NCBI RefSeq assembly: GCF_009914755.1
Contig: NC_060930.1
DNA: 64,000 nt
Source: the human T2T-CHM13v2.0 reference genome, Homo sapiens
Strand: one strand, 5' to 3'
Below are positions 39,522 to 61,742 of the stretch, one piece after another. The notes under the pieces were generated by a model that saw nothing but the letters and a program-made list of their open reading frames with translations, did no database searches and was not told where the DNA came from. Positions within the stretch are counted from its first letter, which is position 1; the number at the start of each line of letters is the position of its first letter. The position numbers and the translations under genes are program-made.

Positions 39522-40022
39522 GTAAGTAAATGCTAATTTTAGCTTCTTTATGACTGTCAAGTGAATTTACAAGTTGTCTTTGAAAATATGAAAATACTAG
39601 CATGCAGAATGGTTGGCCACTGAAATGGGTAGTGTTTAGGTGTCCTCAATGGCAGTTGAGTTTCCCTGGTACCTGCTTTCATCTTGACAGTTAGAGGGTA
39701 TCTGTGCTGGGTCCCTCTGGAAATTTAGATTAGCTCTAGAGTGTCTTAGCAATCCTTAGCCTTTCCAACCACTATAATTTAGCTACCACTCCTGGATCAC
39801 ACACTGGTTGTCCAAAAAACTCTGCTTAGAGGGTTTAGGGCAGATTTCCTGGGGTCACCACAGATCAGAATGAGCTCTTTGAACCTGCCCAGGCTACACC
39901 CTGGATTGGGAATGAAGAGGGGAAGCGAGGTTGGGTGGACTGATGTAGGCTATGTTTTTGTTCCTGCTGCCCCATGTTGTCGTTGGACAACCCCAGAGTG
40001 CTCTGTCTCACCCTGGAAATAG

Positions 40023-40325
<303 letters not shown>

Positions 40326-40925
40326 GCAAAGCTTTTAGCATATACTTTTTTTGAATAAATTGAAATATTTAGAGAAAATTTAGATTAATATGATAAAATT
40401 GTTTTGGAAGCAAGAATAATTTGTTATTGTTAAGGAATTAATAAATAATCCCTCTTATTTCCAAAGTGGGTTGAAATAACATATTTCTTGTATTTTCCTC
40501 CCTATTTCCCAAACTAATTTATTTAGTAAATTTTATTACAAACTACTCTAGTAATTGCATTTTATTTTTGTCTATTTAATTTTTTGCCTCATGTCTAAAA
40601 ATTCCTGTTAGGTTCTTAAATGTGAATCATTTAAATTAGTTTTGGCTTGTCTCTTTTGGTATAAAACTTTGCCTTATGGTATAATTTACAGTTTGATTAC
40701 TAGCAGTGCTTTAAATGTATTTGTGTTATAATTATTTATATTTCATAATCCATAAAGATTATAAAAGATTCAAATGAAATAATCACTTTTAGAAGCAAAA
40801 ACTCTCATCTACTCATTATCTAATTTAAATTTGACCTGATTTTGCATGTTTGGACATTTATGATATTGACTTGATCCATGACTGCATGGATATTATTTTT
40901 TATAGCTGAGTTTCTACCTTCCCAG

Positions 40926-41042
40926 GAATCTCAATGTCGGCTACCACCGTTGGTCTTTATCTTGTTCCTTTTTGCAAGACAGCAATATTACTCACTGTCA
41001 TGATGTCTATCTTCGGTGTTTCAATTGGCATTCTGGATACAG
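40926..41042 (+). CDS. MFSD4B: MFSD4B coding exon 3 (ISMSATTVGLYLVPFCK...GVSIGILDT)
   Basis: Acceptor ttcccag|GA, donor AG|gttagt; 117 nt; phase 1-1 preserves the frame. Confidence 0.95.
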
Positions 41043-41604
41043 GTTAGTGAGCTCTTCAACGTCATCTCTGGGAGTAGGGACTTGCTAGAAGAAGTACAGC
41101 AGATGATACTAAACTGTCACTTGCAATGCCCCCTAAAATGACACAGACCTACTGAGTTGGTTGTGAGTCACTCAGAATGAATCACCCTTCTAGCAGCTAT
41201 TCTTGCCAATTAGGGGGCCTGTTTCTGAGCAGCCAACTCTGAAATGAACTTAAAGAATTTTGTTCTATGAGAGACAATTGATTTACATTGTCCAAACAGG
41301 GAAGGGCCCCTGTGTGGGTAATTACAGTGCAGGTGAATAGGCCTTCATCTTGGGGTAGAACTTTATTGCTCTAGTATGGGAGGAATTGGTGGTTTAATAG
41401 GTTAAACCAAGTTTGGAACTGTTATTTGGCTGAGAAAGCATAGAAGCAGCAATCCAACTTGACATTTACCCTGACTTCCAAGCCAAGAGAGATCCATAGT
41501 GTGGACTAGGCTCTTTCTTTTTCTTTTCTGTCCTCAAAGTTCCTGGCCTCCTGCAGTAGATTCTTTCCCGTATCATCATCATGTCTTTTAAAACTTACTA
41601 AATA

Positions 41605-42191
<587 letters not shown>

Positions 42192-42971
42192 CTACTAAAT
42201 AACATAGATGACATCTGTTTACTCCTAAAACCAGCTTTCTACCCCTCCCTTCCCTGCTTTGCTGTTACGTGATCTGTTGAGGAAATATTTTATTTTACTT
42301 TAGGGTTAATTTTGTTATGAAATTATAGGGTAGAATTATATATTTATCTGAAAATATCTGTTGAAAAAAAAGAAGATAGCTCAAGATGTGCTGCTTCTTG
42401 CCTTTCTCCTCCTAGACGTTTAGACAGTATAAATTCAGATGCTAAACGGTGTCCTTGTTTCCTCTAATGGGCATACCAGAATCCTGGCTATTCAGGTTCC
42501 TGGACGTGTGTTTTGCATCTGTTACATACATAAGTAAGTAATTTTCCTCAAGTGGCTACTAACAGCAAGTACAGAAAGCTTTGGTAATTTGGCTACTATC
42601 TGATGATAAAATTTTGCCTTTTAAATATATATTTAAAATATTAATATATAAATATTTCTTCTGCAGTCTGATGTTAGAACTGTATTATAAAAAGCGTCTT
42701 GCTAATGTGCTTGGTTCTAGGAGGTAGTAGTCTACTAGACTGTAGAATTCGATTTGTGAGTATGTGATGTTATAATGCTTAGAGTTGTCTGGTGGTAGTG
42801 GGTTAGAATTCCTTTCTCAGAATTGATTTAGTTGCAATGTTTGATAATTAGAATATTATAATGCTTGTGCTATGTAAAATAGACTCACCCCCTTTCTGAT
42901 AAGTGAACTTTTTTTTTTAATAAGTAAGTAACTGTTTAACTTAAATAATTTTTCCCATCTTTCATCGACAG

Positions 42972-44215
42972 GTGGTAACGTCCTTATCTTGGCTATTTGG
43001 GGGGACAAAGGAGCCCCACATATGCAGGCCTTACACTTCTCTTTTGCCTTGGGTGCCTTTTTGGCTCCACTGCTAGCTAAACTGGCTTTGGGTCCGACAG
43101 CGTCTGCTGAAAACCACACAGAGTCTGACTTCCATCCTGCACTCAACCAATCATCTGACGCTGACTCAGAAGCTCTGTTTGGAGTACCTAATGATAAGAA
43201 TTTACTGTGGGCTTATGCTGTTATCGGTACTTACATGTTCTTAGTTTCTGTCATTTTTTTTTGTCTGTTTTTAAAGAATAGCTCAAAGCAAGAAAAAGCA
43301 AGAGCATCTGCTGAGACATTTCGAAGAGCAAAATATCACAACGCCCTTCTTTGTCTCCTTTTTCTGTTCTTCTTTTTTTATGTTGGAGCTGAGGTAACAT
43401 ATGGCTCTTATGTTTTCTCATTTGCAACCACCCATGCTGGCATGAAAGAAAGTGAAGCTGCTGGGTTGAACTCCATCTTCTGGGGGACATTTGCAGCCTG
43501 CAGGGGCCTGGCAATCTTTTTTGCTACCTGTTTACAGCCTGGAACCATGATTGTGTTGAGCAACATTGGCAGCCTGACTTCATCTTTATTTCTGGTGCTT
43601 TTTGACAAGAACCCAATTTGTCTCTGGATAGCAACTTCAGTGTATGGGGCTTCAATGGCAACCACATTTCCGAGTGGTGTTTCTTGGATTGAGCAGTACA
43701 CGACCATCCATGGGAAATCTGCAGCATTTTTTGTAATTGGTGCTTCCCTGGGAGAAATGGCTATTCCTGCAGTCATTGGAATTCTTCAAGGAAAATACCC
43801 TGATTTGCCTGTAGTTCTGTATACCTCTTTGGGAGCATCAATAGCTACTGGTATTTTATTTCCTGTGCTATATAAATTAGCCACTTCACCTCTTGATCGC
43901 CAGCGAAAAGAAGACAGAAAGAGTGAGGACCAGAAAGCTCTGCTCTCTAGCTCCGGGCTAAATGAATATGAGGAAGAGAATGAAGAGGAGGATGCAGAAA
44001 AATGGAATGAAATGGATTTTGAAATGATTGAAACGAATGATACAATGAGGCATTCTATAATAGAGACATCTAGAAGTAGTCTGACGGAGCCCACAGCTGA
44101 AGTCTATAATCAATACCCATCAAATGCACTGGTGTTTGAGTCTTCTCCTTTTAATACTGGCAGTGCCCATGTGAAGCACTTGCCAGAAACCAGGACAAAA
44201 GGGACTAACGTTTAG
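42972..44215 (+). CDS. MFSD4B: MFSD4B coding exon 4: MFS transporter from TM4 to TM12 plus an acidic cytosolic tail
   Basis: Acceptor cgacag|GT; contains the 408-aa ORF 42989-44215 (MQALHFSFALGAFLAPL, FFYVGAEVTYG, FWGTFAACRG: fucose-permease-like MFS signatures); spliced CDS 27+169+117+1244 = 1557 nt = 518 aa plus stop. Confidence 0.97.
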
Positions 44216-44635
44216 AGAAGATGGATTACTCACTGACATCTTTGAATAACTGCCACTTCTAAGGACGCCATTCAGAGCAGAGCATTAGCAGAATTTCACC
44301 ATGCTTTGGGGATTAAAATTTTTAGGTCCATATTATAGCAAATGCTAAAAATTTTTGAAATGTTCTGTAATTCCCAGAGTCTTCCATAAATAACCAAATG
44401 GTCTCATACACGTACAATAGGATCTTGTTATAACGCTATCATTTGACATGTGACTGATTAGGAAATATTTTATGGTCTCCACCCCTCAGAGCACCCAAAG
44501 AAGGCATTGTTTTTGAGAAGGGGGGTATTCTCAGAATGAGACCATGTAGGAGTTGAATTGATTGGTTGAACAAATTATCAGGTATCAATATTTTTCCAGG
44601 AAAGTTGAGGAGAATAGTTTCATAAAAGAGAAATG

Positions 44636-44939
<304 letters not shown>

Positions 44940-46268
44940 TTATTAATTGCTTTACCTTATCTGTAGGGTTGGATCAAAGAATGTAATGACTCATTTGATT
45001 TCTAATTTCAATGAAGAGAACACAGAACAGGGCCCAAGGGGTCGGGCTTCAAGCCTTGACTTCTTCTAGCCCTGCACTCTGTCACTTAACGTAGGCCTTG
45101 TTTATCTCGCCTCCTGATCTGTGATTCTAGAAATGAAAATGAGATGATTTCCAAATTGGGAATCTGTAAGTTTTAAAGTTTGTGCAAAATGTCTGCTAGA
45201 AATTAGTACAAGTGACAGCATGTTCTTCATTTCAAATGAGAAGTGAAACCAAAATGATAAATAGCTTTAAGAATGTGCTAATGATAAATGATTACATGTC
45301 AATTTAATGTACTTAATGTTTAATACCTTATTTGAATAATTACCTGAAGAATATATTTTTTAGTACTGCATTTCATTGATTCTAAGTTGCACTTTTTACC
45401 CCCATACTGTTAACATATCTGAAATCAGAATGTGTCTTAAATCAGTGATCGTTTAACATTGTGACAAAGTTTAATGGACAGTTTTTTCCCATATGTATAT
45501 ATAAAATAATGTGTTTTACAATCAGTGGCTTAGATTCAGTGAAATACAGTAATTCATTCAATTATGATAGTATCTTTACAGACATTTTAAAAATAAGTTA
45601 TTTTTATATGCTAATATTCTATGTTCAAGTGGAATTTGGAGACACTATGTTCTAACTTTAAGAACTGTTTCAGTGTTATTAGATTAGTAGTAGGGCTGTA
45701 GATGGGGTCTTTCGAGGTCCTTTGCCTACCTCAGTAACAGAGGCTGGGTCTGAGCCTTGCTCGAGATTAGCTCTTCACCAGGTCTGTGTGGTAATCATAT
45801 CGTAGTTACCGTAGGTCACGCTGCAAGTGTAATTTACAGTGAGGCATAGTCTTTTCCAGTGATTGGAATACTTGTGTCACCGATCCAGGGTTTCTCTTTC
45901 CTGAGTCTGAAATACCTGGGAAACCAGTTAGAAGGTGACTGGGTAGCCTAGGAGTCAAGGATCAGAAAGGGTACTTCATATATATATGGCAGAATTGGTG
46001 CAGGTGATCCTTTGAAAAATGACAAGAATTGATGAAATTTTGTTTACTTCCTCCAATTTTTTGCTGAATAACATCTCCTTTCTACCTGATTGGAGTAGGC
46101 TTGCTTTCTCTTACTTAATTTCTATAAATTTGCCATTGTTTTGTCTCAAGTAAAATACAGTGTCTTTCTTGACCACTGCCCGCCCATTCACCTTATATGC
46201 CTGCCACAGTCTTGGTTCATGTAATAACCTAACAGCTTTGGAGATGGCGGTGGAGAAGTTAATGGTAA

Positions 46269-46593
<325 letters not shown>

Positions 46594-47007
46594 CCTTTTG
46601 CTCTTTTTATAGTGTAAATTTCCCTCAGTTAGAACTTGGAAATTACTTCTGCTTCACTTACTGCCTTTTCTCAGGTTGTTGGAATCTAGGCAGTAGCAGT
46701 TACTTGGCAGCTAGGAGGCTTGCTAGAATAGGAATTCCACCTTCAGCATTTACTGTTACAGGGTAGAAGATGCAGCTCAGGGAGAGAAGGATGATGATAA
46801 GAACATGGCAGAAAATCTCAAAATCTACTCTGGAAAATTCACTATGTTTCCACACACCAACATGTGAATCGTCATGAGATCATAGGGCATTGTTAAAGTT
46901 CCATATTGGAAGGAAAAGACTTAGTACAATTCTAAGAATTAGCATTCATCCTGCTGATCAGTTCTTAGCTAAGTGTCTGCTGATACCTAAGTAACCAATA
47001 TACCCAA

Positions 47008-47443
47008 GTGTTCTATTGCTGGGTAACACAGTACCACACATTGAACACCTTAAAACAATAGACATTTGGTAATGTCTGTACAGGCTGTACTGAAGCGGCC
47101 TGTACAGGGCCGCTTCAGTACAGGACCTTACCTATGTAGACTGAGGTACGTGTTTCTTGCTGACTGTCAGCTGGGCACCACTCAGCTTCGAGAGGCCTCC
47201 CACAGTTCTTGCCATGTGGCCTTCTCACAGATGCCTCTCACAACATGGCAGTTTCTTCAAAGCAAGCAGGAGAATCTCTAAATGAGTCTTGTATGACATT
47301 ACGTCATTATGGGAATAACATCCCATCACCTTTGCCATATTCTAGCGTCTAGAAGCAAGGTATGAGTTCCAACAAAACTCAAGGGTAGAGGCTAGAACAG
47401 GGATGTGACTCATTGCGGATCACCTTAGAGCATGCCTGCCACA
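47008..47443 (-). mobile_element. MLT1-type MaLR LTR remnant containing a palindromic segment
   Basis: ttctattgctgggtaaca...cttgccatgtggcc...catcccatcacctttgccatattct...gcctgccaca. Confidence 0.6.
47085..47123. repeat. 39-bp inverted repeat (16-bp perfect arms, 7-nt loop)
   Basis: ctgtactgaagcggcc-tgtacag-ggccgcttcagtacag. Confidence 0.95.
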
Positions 47444-47496
47444 CTCGGGTACCTGCAGAATAGAGATTCTCAAAAGTTCTAAAAACTGAGCTAAGA

Positions 47497-49060
<1,564 letters not shown>

Positions 49061-49144
49061 AAAATAACCAGAACTTCTGATTTATCATGGCAATGTGTCA
49101 CTCAGTCCCCAATCCTGCTACTTAAAAGTTATTTTTATTTTTTA

Positions 49145-53425
<4,281 letters not shown>

Positions 53426-53947
53426 TGTTGTGTTTGTGTTTTTTGTCTTAGATTTTTTTCTTAATCAAGTTTTTCCAGAAGAGAGTAGCTTTAGGAAGAG
53501 AATAAACACATACTTTTAAGGTATTATCTCAGACTTTAGGCGCATTATGATCATATCAGTAGCACCCATGTACTGAATAAGTGAACTCAAAGAAAAGTTA
53601 TGTTGGGCAACTACCTCAAAGTTTTGTTATCTCTGCTTGCAATTTTTGTTCAGTCATTGCACAAGTGCTTGAGGGCTTACTGCATGTGAGGCTCTGTAGA
53701 CTAAGTATTAATGAACTTTCTTTTTTGTCCTTGCAGTAGCAGGTACAGCTTTGATCTCAGTTTTCTGCCAAATGAATGGTTCTGTGTTTTGTGCTCATTC
53801 GTTTACAGAGATCCCTCTGAACCACCTTGGAACCAGAAGGTGTGTGGTCTGAGAACGATAAATGGGCTGCTCTCTGCCTCTCTCACAGCAGTTCTGCCCC
53901 TCCTTGGGACCACTCGTTTTCTGCATTCCTGGCCCATCTTCTATATC

Positions 53948-54115
53948 TCTCTGGTCCAGATTCCAGAGGAAACCTGTTTGACTTGAATAGATGCCATTGC
54001 CCTTATTGGGCCTTGCCTCAGGAGTTCCTCTGTGTATCTCTGGTCCAGATTCCGGAGGAAACCTGTTTGACTTGAGTAGATGCCATTGCCCTTATTGGGC
54101 CTTGCCTCAGGAGTT
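53948..54115. repeat. Tandem duplication with an 89-bp period
   Basis: 79-nt core tctctggtccagattcc...gcctcaggagtt at 53948-54026 and 54037-54115, with 2 substitutions. Confidence 0.9.
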
Positions 54116-55534
54116 GCTGGTTAGCCTATGAAGGGGTTCCCTTTGGGTTGATGACATTGCTCCCATCCAGAAAGTGGCTACTTCTACCCTCCTACTCCCA
54201 CCACTCTGCATGCAGGAGCTGTTATCATCAAAAGGGAATGTCCACTGTCTGCTCTGTACCAGAGAAGTGCTAGGCTTCATAAATATTGGTAATCGATACC
54301 TGAATGGGATGAAAATTGGCAGGTCCTGGGATGGATGGCCTGGTTCATCTGCATCAGAACTGGAAAAACAAAATCACACCAAATTGCAGACTTTTTTGGA
54401 AGAGCGTGTTAGACAAGGTTTGTGGATTGTTTGATTTTTACCAAGAAAGAAAGCTTTCTCCTAAGAGGGTAAGATTTCTACTTGAGTGAGCTCTAAGAGG
54501 AGTCCCAGTTTGCAAGAGATATTATTACAGTTCTCATCTGTGCGGACCAGAAAGTTTTCCAAATTCATGCATTTCAGTTATCTAACAGATATTTACTGAG
54601 CATTTACCATGTTCAGTAACCAGGGCCCTGGGAATATAATAGGAGAAGGCAGATGAGATCCTTGCCTTCACCAAGCTTATGTTTTTCTATTTTAAGTAAA
54701 ATTTGCCATGACAAAATTTCTATCAGCGGAAGAGCCAGTAACTCTTATTGTAATAGGTTTTACCCAGTTTTAGAAAAGGAAAGTAGCTAAACTCTTGGTT
54801 CCTTGGTGTGTGTTTTTGTTTGTTCATTTCTAGTACTTGTCTATGTCTTTGGGGTAATTTTTGATTTAGAATTTTGTAGAAATTACTCGGCACAGTGTAG
54901 TTGAGGTGAATATAGGCAAGAAGGCTTAGGAAGCCTACAACAAAGGAATCTGACACCAACTTTTGAGATTTATTCAGTCCAGCCAAGAGAATATATTTAT
55001 GGTCAAACTAGATCTTGGATTACAGCTCCAAAGACCCTTGGGCTGACAGAGCAGGTTCTCATTTCTCAGCTCTTTCCCTTATCACTTGCAGTGAACTCTG
55101 CCTCCAGGAGCAGAGTATCCAGTTCTGTGTCCAAGCACTCTATGAATCTTTACCCTTGTTGAAGAAATACTCAGAGACAGAAGCATTTAGAAAAGGAAAA
55201 GTTTACCTGCAAAGAGAGCAAGAGAATGACTGGCTTGCCTAATAAAAAACGTAAGTATTTGAAGGAAAAAATTAAAAACTGCCAAGGTTTCTGAGTTTGC
55301 ATTAGACTGTTCACGGTGAAAAACAGTAACTGCCTCATGTAATTATTGTATTCATAAAGGTTATGGCAAATCTTCAGATGTAGTACAGGAAAAACCAAGG
55401 ATAAAATTTCTTAGGGAGTCCAGGTTTATGGGAAACATTCAAGGTTTTATTGTTTTTTAGATCATCAACAGTTAGATGACCCTATCATTTTTGTTTTGTC
55501 TCAGGGTGCAACGTCTTTCTTTTCTGATGGTGAT

Positions 55535-55885
55535 TGATATAGTTTGGCTGTGTCCCCACCCAAATCTCATCTTGAATTCCCATGTGTTGTTGGAGGGACC
55601 TGGTGGGAGGTAACTAAATCATGGGGGCAAGTCTTTCCCGTGCTGTTCTTGTGATAGTGAGGAAGTCTCACGAGATCTTTTGGTTATTATAAGAGGGAGT
55701 TTTCCTGCACAAGCCCTCATTTTGCCTGCTGCCATCTATATAAGATGTGATTTGCTGCTCCTTGCCTTCCGCCATGATTGTGAAGCCTCCCCAGCCATGT
55801 GGAACTGTAAGTCCAATAAACCTCTTTTGTAAATTACCTAATCTCAGGTCTGTCTTTATCAACAGCATGAAAACAGACTAATAGA
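55535..55885 (+). mobile_element. THE1 solo LTR (MaLR)
   Basis: tgatatagtttggctgtgtccccacccaaatctcatcttgaatt...aataaacctc...cagactaataga; imperfect 5-bp TSD gtgat/atgat. Confidence 0.9.
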
Positions 55886-56046
55886 ATGATATAGGAAGTT
55901 CTTAGTCTTACTGAAGCAAGGGAAAGTGACATTTTGCTTCTACACCCTCCAGAATTCATAAGCTCCAGAAGGAAAGAGGACCCAAGGGAAAAACGTGATT
56001 GCAAAATGTGTTCTTGTCCTCTGCCCAAGTGATTAACCTTTGCTCC

Positions 56047-56232
56047 AGTGGTTTTCAAACCTGGCTGCTGTTAGAATCACCTGGCAGTGTTTAAAAATGA
56101 CTGATGCCCAGCATTTTAACTTAAATACCAATTTGGTCTGGAGTGGAGCCTGAGTATGGATATTTAAAAAAGTAACTCCTCCTCCCCAATCCCCCGTAAT
56201 TGTAATGTGCAGCCAAGATTGAGAACCACTGC
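56047..56232. mobile_element. MER5-like hAT MITE
   Basis: cagtggttttcaaac...gattgagaaccactg terminal inverted repeats. Confidence 0.75.
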
Positions 56233-56333
56233 TTTGATCAGTGCACAAAACTGGATCCTCTACTAATGACCGTGGTTTTTTCTTAGGCTTACTTGCAGAT
56301 TGATTAAGTTATGCCACTTTTGTAGATCCTTGA

Positions 56334-57028
<695 letters not shown>

Positions 57029-57139
57029 AGACTACTCACTGTTTACATAGCTTTGTACCATATAAAAACTTGTTTGAATAAAATATTGATAACAATAGTG
57101 ATGTTGGTTTAAGATTCATGTTTCAGTTGTTTCACTGAT

Positions 57140-59343
<2,204 letters not shown>

Positions 59344-59879
59344 TTCAGTCATGTTTAAAAATGAGTTTGGCATCTCTACTTCAGAAATTAGTCAAGAATC
59401 TGTCCAGAGTTTAGAATATGAGTGCTCCAAAATTTATGTGATGGTTGTATTGGGTTCCTAAAATAGGAATAGTATTTGTACTTCACATAGACATTTTGAA
59501 AATGATATATAAGTTCTCTAGTGATATCTAACATCTTTGGTAAAATCCAGTCTACCAAAGAGCTGTTACTCACTGCATGTCTTAGTAAATGTTTTACTTG
59601 AATAATAATTTCCTAATTGAGATGATTATAGATGTTTCTGTTTTAGAGTGGAAAATTGCATGTCAGGCAGAAATTGAGATCCTTCTCCTGACTTCCCTTC
59701 CCTGCAGGTCCCAGCAGCTGAAAGCCTGCACTTAGTGGCCACAGCCTTATTTTTATCTTGTTTAAAACAACTGTAGTGATAATCTGGTTAAACAGTTCTA
59801 ACTTGGAGCATGATTCAGTTGTTTCCCCATGTTCCCATAAAACCTCCCTACCCACCTTTATACTTTCTGAGTCTTGGTG

Positions 59880-61262
59880 TATGAGAGCCAAGTGAAAGGG
59901 GAAACCCCTTATTTACTACCATGAGAACATCACGAGAAAGATCCAACCCCATAATTTCAATTACCTCCCACTGGGTCCCTCCCATGATGTGGGAATTGTG
60001 GGAGCTACAATTCAAGATGAAATTTGGGTGGGGACACAGCCAAACCATGTCATTCCACCCCTGAACCCTCCCAAATCTCATGTCCTCACATTTTGAAACC
60101 AATCATGGCTTCCCAACAGCCCCCCAAAGTCTTAACTCATTTCAGCATTAACTCAGAAGTCCACAGTCCAAAGTCTCATCTGAGACAAGGCAAGTCTCTT
60201 CTGCCTATGAACCTGTAAAATAAAAAGCAAGTTAGTTACTTCCTAGATACCATGGGGGTTCAGGCATTGGGTAAATACAGCCATTCCAATTGGGAGAAAT
60301 TGGCCAAAACAAAGGGGCAAAAGACCCCATGCAAGTCTGAAATCCAGCAGGGCAGTCAAATCTTAAAGCTCCAAAGTGATCTCCTTTGACTCCATGTCTC
60401 ACATCCAGGTCACTCTGCTGCAAGAGGTGGGCTCCCATGACCTGGGGCAGCTCCACCTCTGTGACTTTGCAAGGTATAGCCTCCCTCGTGGCTGCTTTCA
60501 CAGGCTGGCGTTGAGTGTGGCTTTTCCAGGTGCGTGGTGCAAGCTGTCGGTGGATCTACCGTTCTGGGGCTGGAGGATGGTGGCCCTCTTCTCACAGCTC
60601 CACTAGGCAGTGCCCCAGTAGGGACTCTGTGTGGGGGCTCCCACCCCACATTTCCCTTCCACACTGCCCTAGCAGAGGTTCTTCATGAGGGCCCCGCCCC
60701 CGCAGCAAACTTCCACCTGGGCATCCAGGCATTTCCACATACCCTCTGAAATCTAGGCAGAGGTTCCTAAAGCTCAATTCTGACTTCTGTTTACCCGCAG
60801 ACTCAATACCATGTGGAAGTTGTCAAGGCTTGGGGTTTTCACCCTCTGAAGCCATGGCTGGAGCTGTACCTTGACCCCTTTTAGCCATGGCTAGAGTGGC
60901 TGAGAAGCAGGGCACCAAGTCCCTAGACTGCACACAGCAGGAGGGCCCTGGGCCTGGCCCATGAAACCATTTTTTCTTCCTAGACTTCCAGGCCTGTGTT
61001 GAGAGGGGTTGTCGCAAAGGTCTGACATGCCCTGGAGACATTTTCCCCATTGTGTTGGGGATTAACATTTGGCTCCTCGTTACTTATGCAAATGTCTGCA
61101 GCCAGCTTGAATTTCTCCTCAGAAAATGTTTTTTTTCTTTTCTCTTGCACCATCAGTCTGCAAATTTTCCAAACTTTTGTGCTGTGTTTCCCATTTAAAA
61201 CTGAATGCTTTTAACAGCACCCAAGTCATCTCTTGAATGCATTGCTGCTTAGAAATTTCTTC
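59880..61262 (-). mobile_element. Partial THE1 3' LTR plus THE1 internal sequence
   Basis: LTR end ggggacacagccaaaccatgtca at ~60052, followed by the typical internal ttccacccctg...ctcccaaatctcatgtcc. Confidence 0.85.
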
Positions 61263-61742
61263 TGTAGCAGGACAAGCTGCAGACAAAACCTCTGAGACAC
61301 CAAGTTGTAGAAGGAAGGGCTTTATTCAGCTGGGAGCATCGGCAAGCTACTGCCTTAAAATCCGAGCTCCTCGAGTGCACAATTTCTGTCCCTTTTAAGG
61401 GCTCATGGCACTGAAGATTTCACATGAAAGGGTCGTGATTGATTTGAGCAAGCAAGGGGTATGTGACAGGGGCTGCATGCACCGGTGGTCAGAGAGAAAC
61501 AGAACAGGGCAGGGAGTTTCACAATGTTCTTCTATACAATGTCTGGAATCTATGAATAACGTCGGTTTCTAAGTCATGAGTTGATTTTTAACTACTAGGT
61601 TTAGGCCAGGCAGGCCCAGGTCCGGTTTTGGGCCTGGCGCTGGGCTGCCTGTCTTTGATTTTATTTCCTTTTTTTTCTTTAAAAACAGGAACTGAGTATA
61701 AAACAATATAAAACAATATGAGAGGGCCTCTCTCTTTCCTCA
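61263..61742 (-). mobile_element. LTR10-family 3' LTR of an HERV-I-group provirus
   Basis: TG...CA termini; minus-strand start tgaggaaagagagaggccctctcatattgttttatattg; polypurine tract aaaaggggggaa immediately 5' on the minus strand (~61743-61754). Confidence 0.8.

Noticed and set aside
43251-44094. Antisense ORFs over MFSD4B exon 4
   Set aside because: Shadow frames of the true coding strand
53720-53845. Possible splice acceptors (ttgcag, ttacag) for downstream alternative or read-through exons
   Set aside because: No strong matching donor or coding signal; cannot be supported without transcript data
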